Virus record (IMG/VR): IMGVR_UViG_3300050011_000047
Location: 14,132 to 78,131 of that record
Direction: 5' to 3' (one strand)
DNA: 64,000 nt
Origin: a virus
Lineage: Duplodnaviria; Heunggongvirae; Uroviricota; Caudoviricetes
Shown one piece after another: positions 29,701 to 36,478 of this stretch (the stretch's first letter is position 1; every line of letters begins with the position of its first letter). The translations under genes were made by a program, and so were the position numbers. The notes beneath the pieces are model-generated. The model made no database searches. It saw nothing but the letters and a program-made list of their open reading frames with translations, and was not told the origin of the DNA.

Positions 29701-29757
29701 AAGCGCGTACAGAAGGCCGGGCTCGAATCGGTGCGCAAGCGGGTTGGGCTACACTAG
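23746..29757 (+). CDS. giant MuF-like virion protein: MuF domain interrupted by an intein, two HEYGH zincin-like motifs, an ADP-ribosyltransferase-like domain, a poly-Pro linker and a C-terminal domain
   Basis: ATG 23746 after CCGGAG. Translation has ERIARTETAAVW...DLPPWHPN[221 aa]CRCE (Mu F signature PPxHPNCRC split); TSVVHEYGHF and STYHEYGHY; ...TTVWRGIGN...AYLSTSS...KEGEIILPR (R/STS/ExE); [14 protein letters not shown]. Confidence 0.7.
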   Translation: MTASALDLSAEHLRQVEELYLRIREAGIEADAGSDDLLALSREHKRRVKHLFLAVEKMRRSPHRQAVHEKSHAQRLALEQVWTQRLRLLSDHLVNGFDIDGAYEVARRAWVTPADEPHDGIYVDEHAPGRLKKALTPPKKSDLSVVEHWPGKRGTAARLALKRAATTEGVEALVLRDSTGNPIAVAAVKASPGDLHVEFLASEPGKGAQMMQELAKVAKKTGSGLSLFSVPEAAQFYDGIGMAAGDRAGQYIMTPAQTAAFAVTGGILPPAGSKAAGMTKTEQAGVQQLMLNAIQSSGTPGSADVKRALSSVENQAAWERGAATQYLGLAVQTAEQAGQVALDHLGLHKTFEFANPQTMVGDATAVRGSKVIQSMYGAHVDALTNIITDATNPAAPQTIAQVKASIREQWPKLQTYQVERIARTETAAVWMSTSANAYAANGISQFETIVATGPSIGVESEDPCDECVAAAEDVHSLDDDLPPWHPNAVLGGSTFLSYGEPLEAVRARYRGLSVLIRAGEHVLTIGPNHPVMTRRGMVPANQIREGDELVYDRRANRQEGAIRAITSDIEDVPLVEDAFTALLSTGTYATVPVTPDDLHCDGVFCEGEVDVVRPDGNLLAVLDPRGIKEMREVAFEASSAEYPQLSRFRASLTPRERVDVSTSSLVAGHESLRFIRVIHVDFVDFEGWAFDFSVQGGMYLSNGFMVSNCRCEAVPVLEDTDGTPWLPPDEPWTGGGDGSGDMAPGTLFEPMPPPEQLAMEFAPGTVAPSADILLKGSLAQQTVQEELGNIGRVHQIPDHVDVPSVKGAVHNSYSPDENRIFLNPRPAEGEYLKGTSVVHEYGHFVQEQRVVSMNDQIAVSDMAEATPEWASFERYDQQPNELFSRVYQQWIATKNADEVKLAFYKAQGKFWSPESFKPLGAKMDEVFAPLMKPKFPDGSPKLPEKTPDAAPAPKAEEFPAPLVIDAATWTEKKVIETLAPFEGRTVRLTGQGFKGHEYTMEGEYKFDKESGYPLVGDRTIGTGTDMVHVEVQDSGGAWHTIAEKPLSERAPVEPEPTFSKPDALPTYSGKTVELSERYKLKVPNKELKASVTTALDDIASRIKLPEEARPVDVTPGSGMSSNFTPAGVQRGVVKGARIRISTNRGTQSHFDRIDSTYHEYGHYLDWTGLGGADGWAGTRYGSEYAADMKPLMQAFFDSPEYKQWRDIYSGKFKPGEGVYAPKSHARYMKSNVELFARGFAQYMSEVTGNAEYRAFVADHVPLEKGGWYWTPENFAPIKDEFDRLFEKRGLLKETPPAPEPLPAPTPEPLAPETPAFAPKEPLTQDQQLAVNDYTGRGGEGQEGYLRTNRWLRGLKQTHGDPLATIKNRVEHLDAAIESAAPLATPTTVWRGIGNSEFYGGGGTLKVGQVIEDPAYLSTSSTPKLPTSWAGTHGDLWEIKLPKGMKGLDVNAALKDTPYGPHGLDPATTKEGEIILPRNTRLVVDAIKERVTTYPNGNRVVAHDVTAHVESIPELRPPTPVKENIPDPNPATPPPPPPPPPPPPPAPTPVHPTTPEATPASTTNNPPLPEWHDFTTPSGLEAGLAHYEGKQVRLTFTFPSGATKKFTGLVERNSRGQMMVDRSTFRESAVPNITGVEVKVGSRFKPWKEYERMTPEQQNPAPPKQRTASGSSEKPVPEGGYTFPDNVPSGVLGDVPATPIFENVAHAQAFAERYLAREVYLGKNPELKGVQEALDAMAQVLRPFDLKIERLQVEHDPRSSGLAYYSSNATKKMLIDGKKQYWSGELIRAQAQLFSKSKAAAVGDNQAVFEANKAKEIRTREDWIAQAEERHTSPEKIAQYRREIANLEAAKRWYIAAVDGGADATKAFMSHEAAHMLSRNFGHEIAGVSITEAGLAPIFTTRLELHGVTQEERWSVSQYGASGDKARQAQNSELFAEVTAAKISGHYDLVPLNIREAYEETLGYITQADIEAKAAANKARDAAVEAKRVQKAGLESVRKRVGLH
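25207..25869 (+). other. putative mini-intein (221 aa) inserted between N and C of the MuF HPN/CRC motif
   Basis: Begins AVLGGSTFLSYGE (Ala1). Block B-like LTIGPNHPV (TxxH). C-terminal ...GMYLSNGFMVSN followed by Cys +1. Local GC is lower than the flanking extein. Confidence 0.5.
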
Positions 29758-29761
29758 CGCC

Positions 29762-29980
29762 ATGCCAGGAATCTCCGACCTCTGCCTGCGCTGCGCCCGC
29801 TTCCGGGGCGACGGCACGTGCGCGGCGTTCCCGGACGGCATCCCCGAGGAAGTCTTCGGCGGCGAGCATGACCACCACGAGCCCTTCGAGGGCGACGGCG
29901 GGCTCACGTTCACGCCGACGACGACGCCGGATGCTGACCGACTTCTCGCGTACCCGCCCGACGGCTTCCCCACAGACTGA
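29762..29980 (+). CDS. hypothetical Cys-containing small protein
   Basis: MPGISDLCLRCARFRGDGTCAAFPDG... Last plus-strand gene before the strand switch. Confidence 0.35.
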   Translation: MPGISDLCLRCARFRGDGTCAAFPDGIPEEVFGGEHDHHEPFEGDGGLTFTPTTTPDADRLLAYPPDGFPTD

Positions 29981-30022
29981 GAGCCGCTCGCGCGGCTCCC
30001 GGTCTAACGCTTCTTTCGTTAG
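29981..30022. terminator. two hairpins between convergent genes (bidirectional terminator region)
   Basis: GAGCCGC-tcgc-GCGGCTC (29981-29998) and CTAACG-cttcttt-CGTTAG (30004-30022). Confidence 0.35.
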
Positions 30023-30027
30023 ATGCG

Positions 30028-30948
30028 TTACGCAGTGGCGACCTCCTTCTCGATGACCCGTGCGCCGGAGGGGCGCTTGTAGAAGCCGAAGTGCTCGTCA
30101 TTCTGCGACCGCTCGATGGTGGCCTTGAAGATGACCGTCTCGCCCTTGAGGCCGTCGAGGTCGAAGCCCTGCGAGAAGATCGACTCTGCGACCGTGCCCC
30201 ACACCTTGTTGCCGTCGGCCTCCTTGACGAGCATCTTCGGCTGCGATCCGAAGCCGCGATCCTCAGTCCACTTGGTCGAGAGGACGATGCCGGTGACATC
30301 GCGGCGACCCTCGATGAGTGCGACCTCAGGAGTCGCCTCCGTCTCGCGCTCGGCCTGCGCGGCTGCGAACTTCGCTGCGCCCGCGATGAACTTGCGGACT
30401 GCCTCGCTCTGCCGCTCGGAGAGGTTGCCCCACTTGTCGAAGGTGTTTTTCATGTTGATGAGGAAGTGATGTGTCTGCGGCGGCATTAGGAACAGGATGA
30501 TGTCTCCGTTGGCCTCGCGCCATGCGGTGTTGGCCTCGTGGCGCTTGATGCGGTCGGCCTCGATGGCCGCTGCCTTCTCGGCGGTGCGCTTGATGACCGC
30601 TGCGCATGAGGGAAGACCAATCGTGTCCCCGGCGCAGATGTGGCCGACGGAGATGTACTCGCCGGTCGGAGTGTGAAGGAAGCAGACACCGTGCGCGAAG
30701 ACCGCGCCGCAGTGGTCACACGTCATCTTGGCCTCGTAGTTGCCGCCCTTGAACCGGCGAGCGTTCGTGCGCTGAATCTCGGAGCGGAGTTCCGTCTCCT
30801 CCTGCACGTATGACTGCGCCATCGCGTCATTCGAACCCTGATAGAAACAACCGAGGAACTCGTACTCGGAAGGGTCGAGAAGCGAAGGGCGGTGAATGTC
30901 AGTGCGCTGCGTGGTGCTCATCTTGGGGCTCCTTGTAGTCGTGTCCAT
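30028..30948 (-). CDS. hypothetical zinc-finger-containing protein
   Basis: ...CDHCGAVFAHGVCFLH...HICAGD... Start ATG 30948 is aligned with the leaderless-promoter copy; an alternative is ATG 30921, which has an AAGGAG SD. Confidence 0.45.
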   Translation of the reverse strand: MDTTTRSPKMSTTQRTDIHRPSLLDPSEYEFLGCFYQGSNDAMAQSYVQEETELRSEIQRTNARRFKGGNYEAKMTCDHCGAVFAHGVCFLHTPTGEYISVGHICAGDTIGLPSCAAVIKRTAEKAAAIEADRIKRHEANTAWREANGDIILFLMPPQTHHFLINMKNTFDKWGNLSERQSEAVRKFIAGAAKFAAAQAERETEATPEVALIEGRRDVTGIVLSTKWTEDRGFGSQPKMLVKEADGNKVWGTVAESIFSQGFDLDGLKGETVIFKATIERSQNDEHFGFYKRPSGARVIEKEVATA

Positions 30949-30998
30949 GTACTCAGTATCGGACACCCGGCCCTGCCTGTCATCCCTCGAACGAGGGA
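30949..30998 (-). promoter_or_regulatory. second copy of the palindrome (30983-30998) plus GATACT (rc of 30955-30960) leaderless promoter
   Basis: The minus-strand reading tccctcgTTcgaggga...ccGATACTgagtacATGGAC matches the 5637-5690 element. Confidence 0.4.
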
Positions 30999-31004
30999 AC
31001 CTAC

Positions 31005-31208
31005 CTACGGAGTCGGCTCGCCGTCCCGAGGCACGAGCACGAACTGCTCGGCGTTGTTGTGTGGTTGGAGCCGAGAGGCGACGACGGCGCAGTCCAACTC
31101 ATCCTTGTGCTCGGGGCAGATGACTTGGTACGTGCGGCGGTCGGAGGGGTCTTCCACGTAGTCGCCCGTGTGGTACTCCGCGCCCTCGACCCAAGGACGG
31201 ATAATCAC
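31005..31208 (-). CDS. hypothetical protein
   Basis: 67 aa, ATGA-coupled to the upstream gene. Confidence 0.35.
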   Translation of the reverse strand: MIIRPWVEGAEYHTGDYVEDPSDRRTYQVICPEHKDELDCAVVASRLQPHNNAEQFVLVPRDGEPTP

Positions 31209-31444
31209 GCCACACCCATGAGCCGGTCGAGTTCACGCTCGCGGAGCGCGCGCTTGATGGCCTTCTTGCGGAGCGCCGGAGTGCCGTGGCTTGCGGCTGC
31301 CATCCGCTTCTCCTCGTAGAGCGCGTCGATCTTCGCGGAGAGGGACTCGACTTCGGCCTTGTTCGTGGCGGTTGCGGGATCGGCCCACAACGCGCGGCGC
31401 TCCTCGGAGAGCCGCTCAATCTCAGATGCAATGTCTTTGGCCAT
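31205..31444 (-). CDS. small coiled-coil hypothetical protein
   Basis: MAKDIASEIERLSEERRALWADPATATNKAEVESLSAKIDALYEEKRMAAAS... Start codon lies directly downstream of the palindromic site at 31445-31474. Confidence 0.4.
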   Translation of the reverse strand: MAKDIASEIERLSEERRALWADPATATNKAEVESLSAKIDALYEEKRMAAASHGTPALRKKAIKRALRERELDRLMGVA

Positions 31445-31474
31445 GTCAAGTTTTCTCGCACAAAAACTTATCAC
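31445..31474. promoter_or_regulatory. operator-like site (family member b): GTCAAGTTTTCTCGCACAAAAACTTATCAC
   Basis: Imperfect inverted repeat CAAGTTTT / AAAACTT around a GCA centre, closely matching 9387-9416. Confidence 0.4.
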
Positions 31475-31507
31475 ACCGGAGCCCCTTTTTACGCGGGGGC
31501 TCCGGTG
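31474..31507 (-). terminator. rho-independent terminator for the ftsH-SPFH transcript
   Basis: 12-bp perfect stem CACCGGAGCCCC / GGGGCTCCGGTG. On the minus-strand RNA it is followed by UGAUAAGUUUUUG. Confidence 0.5.
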
Positions 31508-31520
31508 CAAAAAGCATTGG

Positions 31521-32465
31521 TTACGGGTATGTAGAACTCCCCGGCGTGGATGGGACATTGAGGAACGGGATAACGCCTGTGCTAGAGCCGACAAGCGTGC
31601 TCGGCAGGATGCCGTTCCACCTGACGTAGTACTGCCATGACAGGAGTAGAGCCGTCACGGATGCGGCGACTAGTTTGTTCGCCTTGGCCTGCGCCGTTGC
31701 TTTGATGAGCACCGAGCGAGCCGTCGCCTCAGCGTTGATGATAGTCTGCGCCTTGAGAGCGCGCTTGGCGGCGATCAGGTTCTCTTGCTGTAACGCCTGT
31801 TGATGCGCGATGATCTTGGCCTTGACGGCTGCGACGAACGCCGGATCGAAGATCGCGTCCTCGATGTTGACGTAATCGACCACGATGCCGTAGCCCTTGA
31901 GTTGATCGGTCAACTGACCCTGAATCGTCAGTGCGAGCGCGTCCCGCTCCTTGGCGAAGTCGATGGCCTGAATCTGACCAACCGCCGCCTTGGTGCGCTG
32001 GTAGAGCGCAGGCTGAATGACCGTGCTCGCGTACTGCAAGCCGATGCGCTGGTACAGGAACGGGGCCTTGGCCGGATCAACGTGGTAGTTGACCGAGGCC
32101 ACGACGGTGATTTCCTGCAAGTCTGCGGACTGCGCGAACACCTTGTCCGAGTACAACTTCTGCGTTCGCACGGACATCACCGTGAGATGCTGTAGCCACG
32201 GCAGAAGAAATGAGACACCCTCGCCACGCGGCGTCTGTTGGACGCCGCCGTTCCACTGGAAGATCACGCCCCTGTATCCTGCGGGGACGACGCCGATGGC
32301 AGGCACGATCAGGAAGGACGCGAGCACGGACACCGCTGCCCTCCGTAGTGCGCGCTTAACGACGGGTGCATCCTTGCGATGCCGGAATGCCTGCACCAAG
32401 AAGAAGACGGCGACGCCTCCGAACATGGCCCAAATCACCGGCTGTATGAGAGCCGCGTAAGTCAT
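31521..32465 (-). CDS. SPFH/band-7 (stomatin/prohibitin/HflK/C-like) membrane protein
   Basis: N-terminal TM, then ...GYRGVIFQWNGGV...LTVMSVRTQ...EITVVASVNYHV... (SPFH core) and a coiled-coil AEATARSVLIKATAQAKANKL. Strong AAGGAGG SD. Confidence 0.65.
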   Translation of the reverse strand: MTYAALIQPVIWAMFGGVAVFFLVQAFRHRKDAPVVKRALRRAAVSVLASFLIVPAIGVVPAGYRGVIFQWNGGVQQTPRGEGVSFLLPWLQHLTVMSVRTQKLYSDKVFAQSADLQEITVVASVNYHVDPAKAPFLYQRIGLQYASTVIQPALYQRTKAAVGQIQAIDFAKERDALALTIQGQLTDQLKGYGIVVDYVNIEDAIFDPAFVAAVKAKIIAHQQALQQENLIAAKRALKAQTIINAEATARSVLIKATAQAKANKLVAASVTALLLSWQYYVRWNGILPSTLVGSSTGVIPFLNVPSTPGSSTYP

Positions 32466-32477
32466 ACTGCCTCCTTC

Positions 32478-32993
32478 TTAGTTTCCATAGCGAGGAACGC
32501 TATGGGTTGGATTGTTGGTGCGAGAGTTACCACCGTGGCCTCCGGTGCGTGAGTTACCACCGCTGTTAGTGCCGGTACCGGAGAGTGCAAAAGTGTTCGG
32601 GTACGGACGCGCACGATTCCATGCGTTCGTGATGTTGCCGTCGTATGTCGGCCAATACTCGTTCGTCTGCAAGATGCCGATGCACGCAACCTTGGTGCCC
32701 TGCCATCCGTTGTCCACGACGGCCTGACAGAAGGAGCCCTGCACGACACCCATGTCCGGCTTGTCGGACATCACCTTGGCGCGCTGCACGCGGCACATCG
32801 CCGCGAGGTTTGCATCTCCCACTCCTTGCGACTTCATGAAGGAGTCGCCTGAGCAATACCCTTGGAGTTGACTATCAGCAAGCCGCACAAGATTCGCGTC
32901 GTATGGTGGGATGAAGCCGACCGGCATCGCGATATAGACGAACCCGAGGATGATCGTAAGGGCTCCTGCGAGCCCGAGTAACTTACGGCTCAT
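32478..32993 (-). CDS. membrane-anchored/secreted hypothetical protein between ftsH and the SPFH gene
   Basis: MSRKLLGLAGALTIILGFVYIAMPVGF... (TM), Cys-containing ectodomain, Gly/Asn/Ser-rich tail. ATGA overlap with the ftsH stop. Confidence 0.45.
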   Translation of the reverse strand: MSRKLLGLAGALTIILGFVYIAMPVGFIPPYDANLVRLADSQLQGYCSGDSFMKSQGVGDANLAAMCRVQRAKVMSDKPDMGVVQGSFCQAVVDNGWQGTKVACIGILQTNEYWPTYDGNITNAWNRARPYPNTFALSGTGTNSGGNSRTGGHGGNSRTNNPTHSVPRYGN

Positions 32994-34978
32994 GACTCGA
33001 AGCCCCCGAGTAGGTTGTGAATCTCGTCGCCGGTCACAGTGCCCTCATCGTACAGGAGCCGGGCGACGGCCTCGATGTCGTCCTTGTGCGCCGTGAGCAG
33101 CGTGCGGCAGGCTTCGAGCGCCTCAGCGAGAATACCCTCGGCCTGCTTCTGCACCAAGCGGTTGTCCGCAGGGTAGACGCCAATCTGAGAAGCGAGCCCG
33201 TAGCCGACCATGCGCACCGCGTCCTGTGTGGCACTTGCGGCGTCTCCGCCATGCCCGTTGGTTGTGGTACCGATAAGGAGTTGCTCGGCCACGCGGGAGG
33301 CAAGACTCACCTGAATGTCGGCAAGCAACTCGGCGCGTGTCATAAGCCAATCCTCATGCAACGGGGTCGGCGCAACCATGCCGCCCGTCTCCCCTCGGCG
33401 CTCGATGCTCGCGAACCAAATGTGCTGCCTCGTGCGGCAGAGGAGATGGAAGGCTACTGCGTGCCCGGCCTCGTGGACGGCGACGTTCCAGCGGGCTTCC
33501 TCGCGCTCGAAGGGGCCATCGGACTCCCCGAAGCGTGTCCACAGCATCGCGTGCATTAGGTCGTAGAAGCGCACAATGCCGGGGTCATCCCGTTCGTCCC
33601 GGAAACTAACGAGCAACGCCTCGTTCACGATGTCCTGAATCTCGGCTCCGGTGCCTCGCGCGTGGTTGCGCGCGGCCCATTCGATGTTCGCAGGGGTGAG
33701 GTCATTCGTGACCTTACGAAGGTAGCCCTCATACGTCCGGCGGCGACCATCGACCTTCGGGAAGGTGACGTGAATCTTGCGCCCGAACCGCCCGGCGCGG
33801 AGCAGCGCGGGGTCGAGGCGATCCATCATGTTCGTTGCGCCGATCATGAGATACTTGTACTCATACGGAGCCATAGGCTTGAACCCGGCAAAGACGAGAA
33901 GACGATTCAACGGGCCACGCGGCTCCTCCATCCCGTCCATCGCGGAGAGGAACGCTTCGAGGGTACCCATGCCGCCGCCACCGCCGCCGACCACGATGCT
34001 GCGCGTATCGTCAGACGCGGCAGGACGACTAAACGGCACGCATCCGGGCGCTCGACATTCTGCCGGAGCGGCCCCGAGTACATCCCCGCCACGTGAGCCG
34101 AGAGAGTCAATCTCGTCAATGAACACGATGACGCCACCGTAGCGCCGAGCCAACTTGCGAATCTCGCGGAACAGAGTCCACACCTTGAGCAAGTTGATGC
34201 CGACGAACGTCGCTTGGAACGCGCCCGGAGGCACGAGGATGAGCGGCTTCGAGGAGTAGTTCGCCGCTGCCTTCGCGAGATACGTCTTTCCGGTACCCGG
34301 CGGCCCGTAGAGAAGTAGGCCCTTCGGCATGTACCCGCCAGCCGCCTCGATGTGGTCGGAGTCTTCAAGCAGTTTCACCTGTTCCATAACCTTCTGCTTG
34401 GCGTCGTCCTGACCCCACACGTCATCGAACGTGACATTGACTGTGCCGGGCATGACGACCTTGTATGAGCCGACCTTGACCATCGCATAGAACATGATCC
34501 CGAGTTGGAATAATGTCAGCGCAACCATCACGGCGAACTGTATGAACATCGGGAGGTTCTCGACCGCGAGACGGGGCGCGAGGATGACGCACTGTATCGC
34601 GCTTGAGCAGCGCGTGGTGAGTGCGTTGACCATCATGCCAAAGACGTAGAGGGCTAGCAGCCAAGTTGCCACACGCTGCACCTTCAACCACGATTGCTTC
34701 GAGACTACAGCCGCACGCAATCGGGCTCGCTTTTCAACCCTTGCGGTCTTCGCTACCCAACTCTCATCGACTTCCAAGCGCGCGTGGTGGAACTCGCGCA
34801 GCACGAGGAAGGCGAGAGCGAAGATGGCTAGGCGTGCAGGGAACGAAATGGAGAACGGGAACGGTGATGCCCACTCGCTCGCGGCCACATACGCGATGAT
34901 GATGACCGGAAGTTTGACCCGCTCGAAGAACGGCTTAGGTGGGCGTAGCGCTATGGGGCGCTTCTCAACTTCACTCAT
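32990..34978 (-). CDS. ftsH: FtsH-like membrane AAA+ zinc metalloprotease
   Basis: N-terminal TM segments. Walker A LLYGPPGTGKT, Walker B VIVFIDEIDS, second region of homology ATNMMDRLDPALLRAGRFGRKIHV, zinc site HEAGHAVAFH. Start ATG 34978 preferred over TTG 35014. Confidence 0.75.
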   Translation of the reverse strand: MSEVEKRPIALRPPKPFFERVKLPVIIIAYVAASEWASPFPFSISFPARLAIFALAFLVLREFHHARLEVDESWVAKTARVEKRARLRAAVVSKQSWLKVQRVATWLLALYVFGMMVNALTTRCSSAIQCVILAPRLAVENLPMFIQFAVMVALTLFQLGIMFYAMVKVGSYKVVMPGTVNVTFDDVWGQDDAKQKVMEQVKLLEDSDHIEAAGGYMPKGLLLYGPPGTGKTYLAKAAANYSSKPLILVPPGAFQATFVGINLLKVWTLFREIRKLARRYGGVIVFIDEIDSLGSRGGDVLGAAPAECRAPGCVPFSRPAASDDTRSIVVGGGGGGMGTLEAFLSAMDGMEEPRGPLNRLLVFAGFKPMAPYEYKYLMIGATNMMDRLDPALLRAGRFGRKIHVTFPKVDGRRRTYEGYLRKVTNDLTPANIEWAARNHARGTGAEIQDIVNEALLVSFRDERDDPGIVRFYDLMHAMLWTRFGESDGPFEREEARWNVAVHEAGHAVAFHLLCRTRQHIWFASIERRGETGGMVAPTPLHEDWLMTRAELLADIQVSLASRVAEQLLIGTTTNGHGGDAASATQDAVRMVGYGLASQIGVYPADNRLVQKQAEGILAEALEACRTLLTAHKDDIEAVARLLYDEGTVTGDEIHNLLGGFES

Positions 34979-35000
34979 GAGTCGCAGTGTAGCGGAAGTT

Positions 35001-35027
35001 GCGGCCCCCTGCAAGGCAAGGGGCCGC
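35001..35027. other. 8-bp GC hairpin GCGGCCCC...GGGGCCGC between the holin-like gene and ftsH
   Basis: Read directly. No U-tract follows. Confidence 0.3.
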
Positions 35028-35041
35028 GTGGCTCCGGCTGG

Positions 35042-35395
35042 TTACGGGGCCTGTATTTCGGGGGCCGCAACCGGGGCGGGTGCCTCGGCAGCAGGTACGG
35101 CAGCAGGTACGACAAGAACCTTGGCCGTATCGACGCCTGCCTTGTTGGCCGACGTGAGCGCCTCGACTGCCTTCACGATGTCGGCAACCGACGGCTGCAC
35201 GGGCTCGGGTGTGTTGAGGAACCCGTTGGCCTTCACGAGCAGGAACTTACCGACGGCAAGTGCGCCCGCAGTGAGGCCCGTGTAGAGTGCCGTCTTCTCA
35301 TTCGCGGAGCCATGCTGCGCGATGAGCACGGCAAGGAATCCCTGCGCGAACGTGGCGAAGGTGCGCTCCACGAGGTCGATGAGGTACTTCTTCAT
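35042..35395 (-). CDS. putative holin-like small membrane protein
   Basis: MKKYLIDLVERTFATFAQGFLAVLIAQHG...LTAGALAVGKFLLV... has two hydrophobic segments and an Ala/Pro-rich tail. Holin assignment is tentative. Confidence 0.35.
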   Translation of the reverse strand: MKKYLIDLVERTFATFAQGFLAVLIAQHGSANEKTALYTGLTAGALAVGKFLLVKANGFLNTPEPVQPSVADIVKAVEALTSANKAGVDTAKVLVVPAAVPAAEAPAPVAAPEIQAP

Positions 35396-35408
35396 GTGTG
35401 TCCTCCTC

Positions 35409-35819
35409 TCAAGAATCGGAGTGTTCGTTCCGTCGGGCCATCTTACCACGCCCGCTTCTCGTGTGGCGCAAACACTTACACTTAGGTGGGCATTTCCTAC
35501 TGCGAGAATGTGGCAAGTCCTTAGGGAAGGCTTCGAGTTGCTTCTTTCGTTCCGGGTGGCAGACGAATCTGAGAAGAAGAAGTGCGGCTTGGGATGCCTC
35601 CTTGCCCCGTACAGCGTAGTCCCACCTAGGACTTCGTTTGTAGCGGTCATGCCCGTAACTGTCCGGCACAAATGGGCCACGGACTTCTCCGCCCAAAATA
35701 GCCTTTAGACGAAGGAGCGGCTTCTCATGTATTTGAGATACACGCAACCGATTTCCTTGGAGGTCAACACTTCCCTCACCATCGAAGAAGCCTGCGGCCC
35801 AAGCGATTTCAGTGTCCAC
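35409..35819 (-). CDS. LAGLIDADG-family homing endonuclease (paralogue 2)
   Basis: MDTEIAWAAGFFDGEGSVDL... In a low-GC island (~35400-35850). Confidence 0.6.
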   Translation of the reverse strand: MDTEIAWAAGFFDGEGSVDLQGNRLRVSQIHEKPLLRLKAILGGEVRGPFVPDSYGHDRYKRSPRWDYAVRGKEASQAALLLLRFVCHPERKKQLEAFPKDLPHSRSRKCPPKCKCLRHTRSGRGKMARRNEHSDS

Positions 35820-36462
35820 GATTTACAATCTTTGCGCGTAGAGATTCGTCACGAACATGAAGGTAGACCTCCGTCGTGGCAATGTTGGCGTGCCGGAGGA
35901 GCCGCTGTACCTCGTGGAGAGGGAAGCCGTCCTCGATCAGTTCGGTGGCGTATGTATGGCGAAAGACATGTGGCGTCACGATGCCATATATCTTAGCAGA
36001 TTTCTTGAGCCGGAGCACGAGCCGCTGCACGTAGCGCACGGTGACCGGCGTGCCGTCGGGGTTGACGATCAGCGGCAGCGTCGGGTCAGCGTCCGGCCCG
36101 AGCCACTCCTTGCGCTGCGCGAGGTAGGCGTCGAGTGTCGGGAGGATGGCGTCCGGCGTGAAGTACGCGGTGCCGTCGCCTCCCTTCGCATCGTACAGGT
36201 GGATCACGCCATCGCGCTCAACGTCGCGCGGGCGTGTGGCTACCGCCTCAGATACTCGGAGTCCTGCTCGGTACATGAGCAAGAGGAGAAGCACGTTGCG
36301 CTTCGCCTCGCGCGTTCCGTTGTCCGCGAGTGCGAGCAGTTCGGTGGCTTCTCGCCGCGAGAGGACTTTCGGTAACTTCTTCTTTTTGCGCTTCTTTGTA
36401 GGGCTTGGCTCGTCGCCTTGGGCTGGCATGACATGTCCTGGGCTGGCATGTAAATCGATCAC
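35809..36462 (-). CDS. short tyrosine recombinase (integrase/Xer-like catalytic domain only)
   Basis: ...GLRVSE... (box I Arg), HVFRHTYAT (HxxR), LLRHANI, TTEVYLHV (Tyr). Lys-rich N-terminus PTKKRKKKKLP. Start region carries the tandem duplication GGGCTGGCATG...GGGCTGGCATG. Confidence 0.55.
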   Translation of the reverse strand: MIDLHASPGHVMPAQGDEPSPTKKRKKKKLPKVLSRREATELLALADNGTREAKRNVLLLLLMYRAGLRVSEAVATRPRDVERDGVIHLYDAKGGDGTAYFTPDAILPTLDAYLAQRKEWLGPDADPTLPLIVNPDGTPVTVRYVQRLVLRLKKSAKIYGIVTPHVFRHTYATELIEDGFPLHEVQRLLRHANIATTEVYLHVRDESLRAKIVNRGH

Positions 36463-36478
36463 ACCCTCATTGTACGTG

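Noticed and set aside
35809-36462. Tyrosine recombinase taken as evidence of a temperate phage or integration site in this window
   Set aside because: No att-like repeats, tRNA or repressor were found nearby. The gene is embedded in a lytic-type replication block, so temperate lifestyle cannot be inferred.
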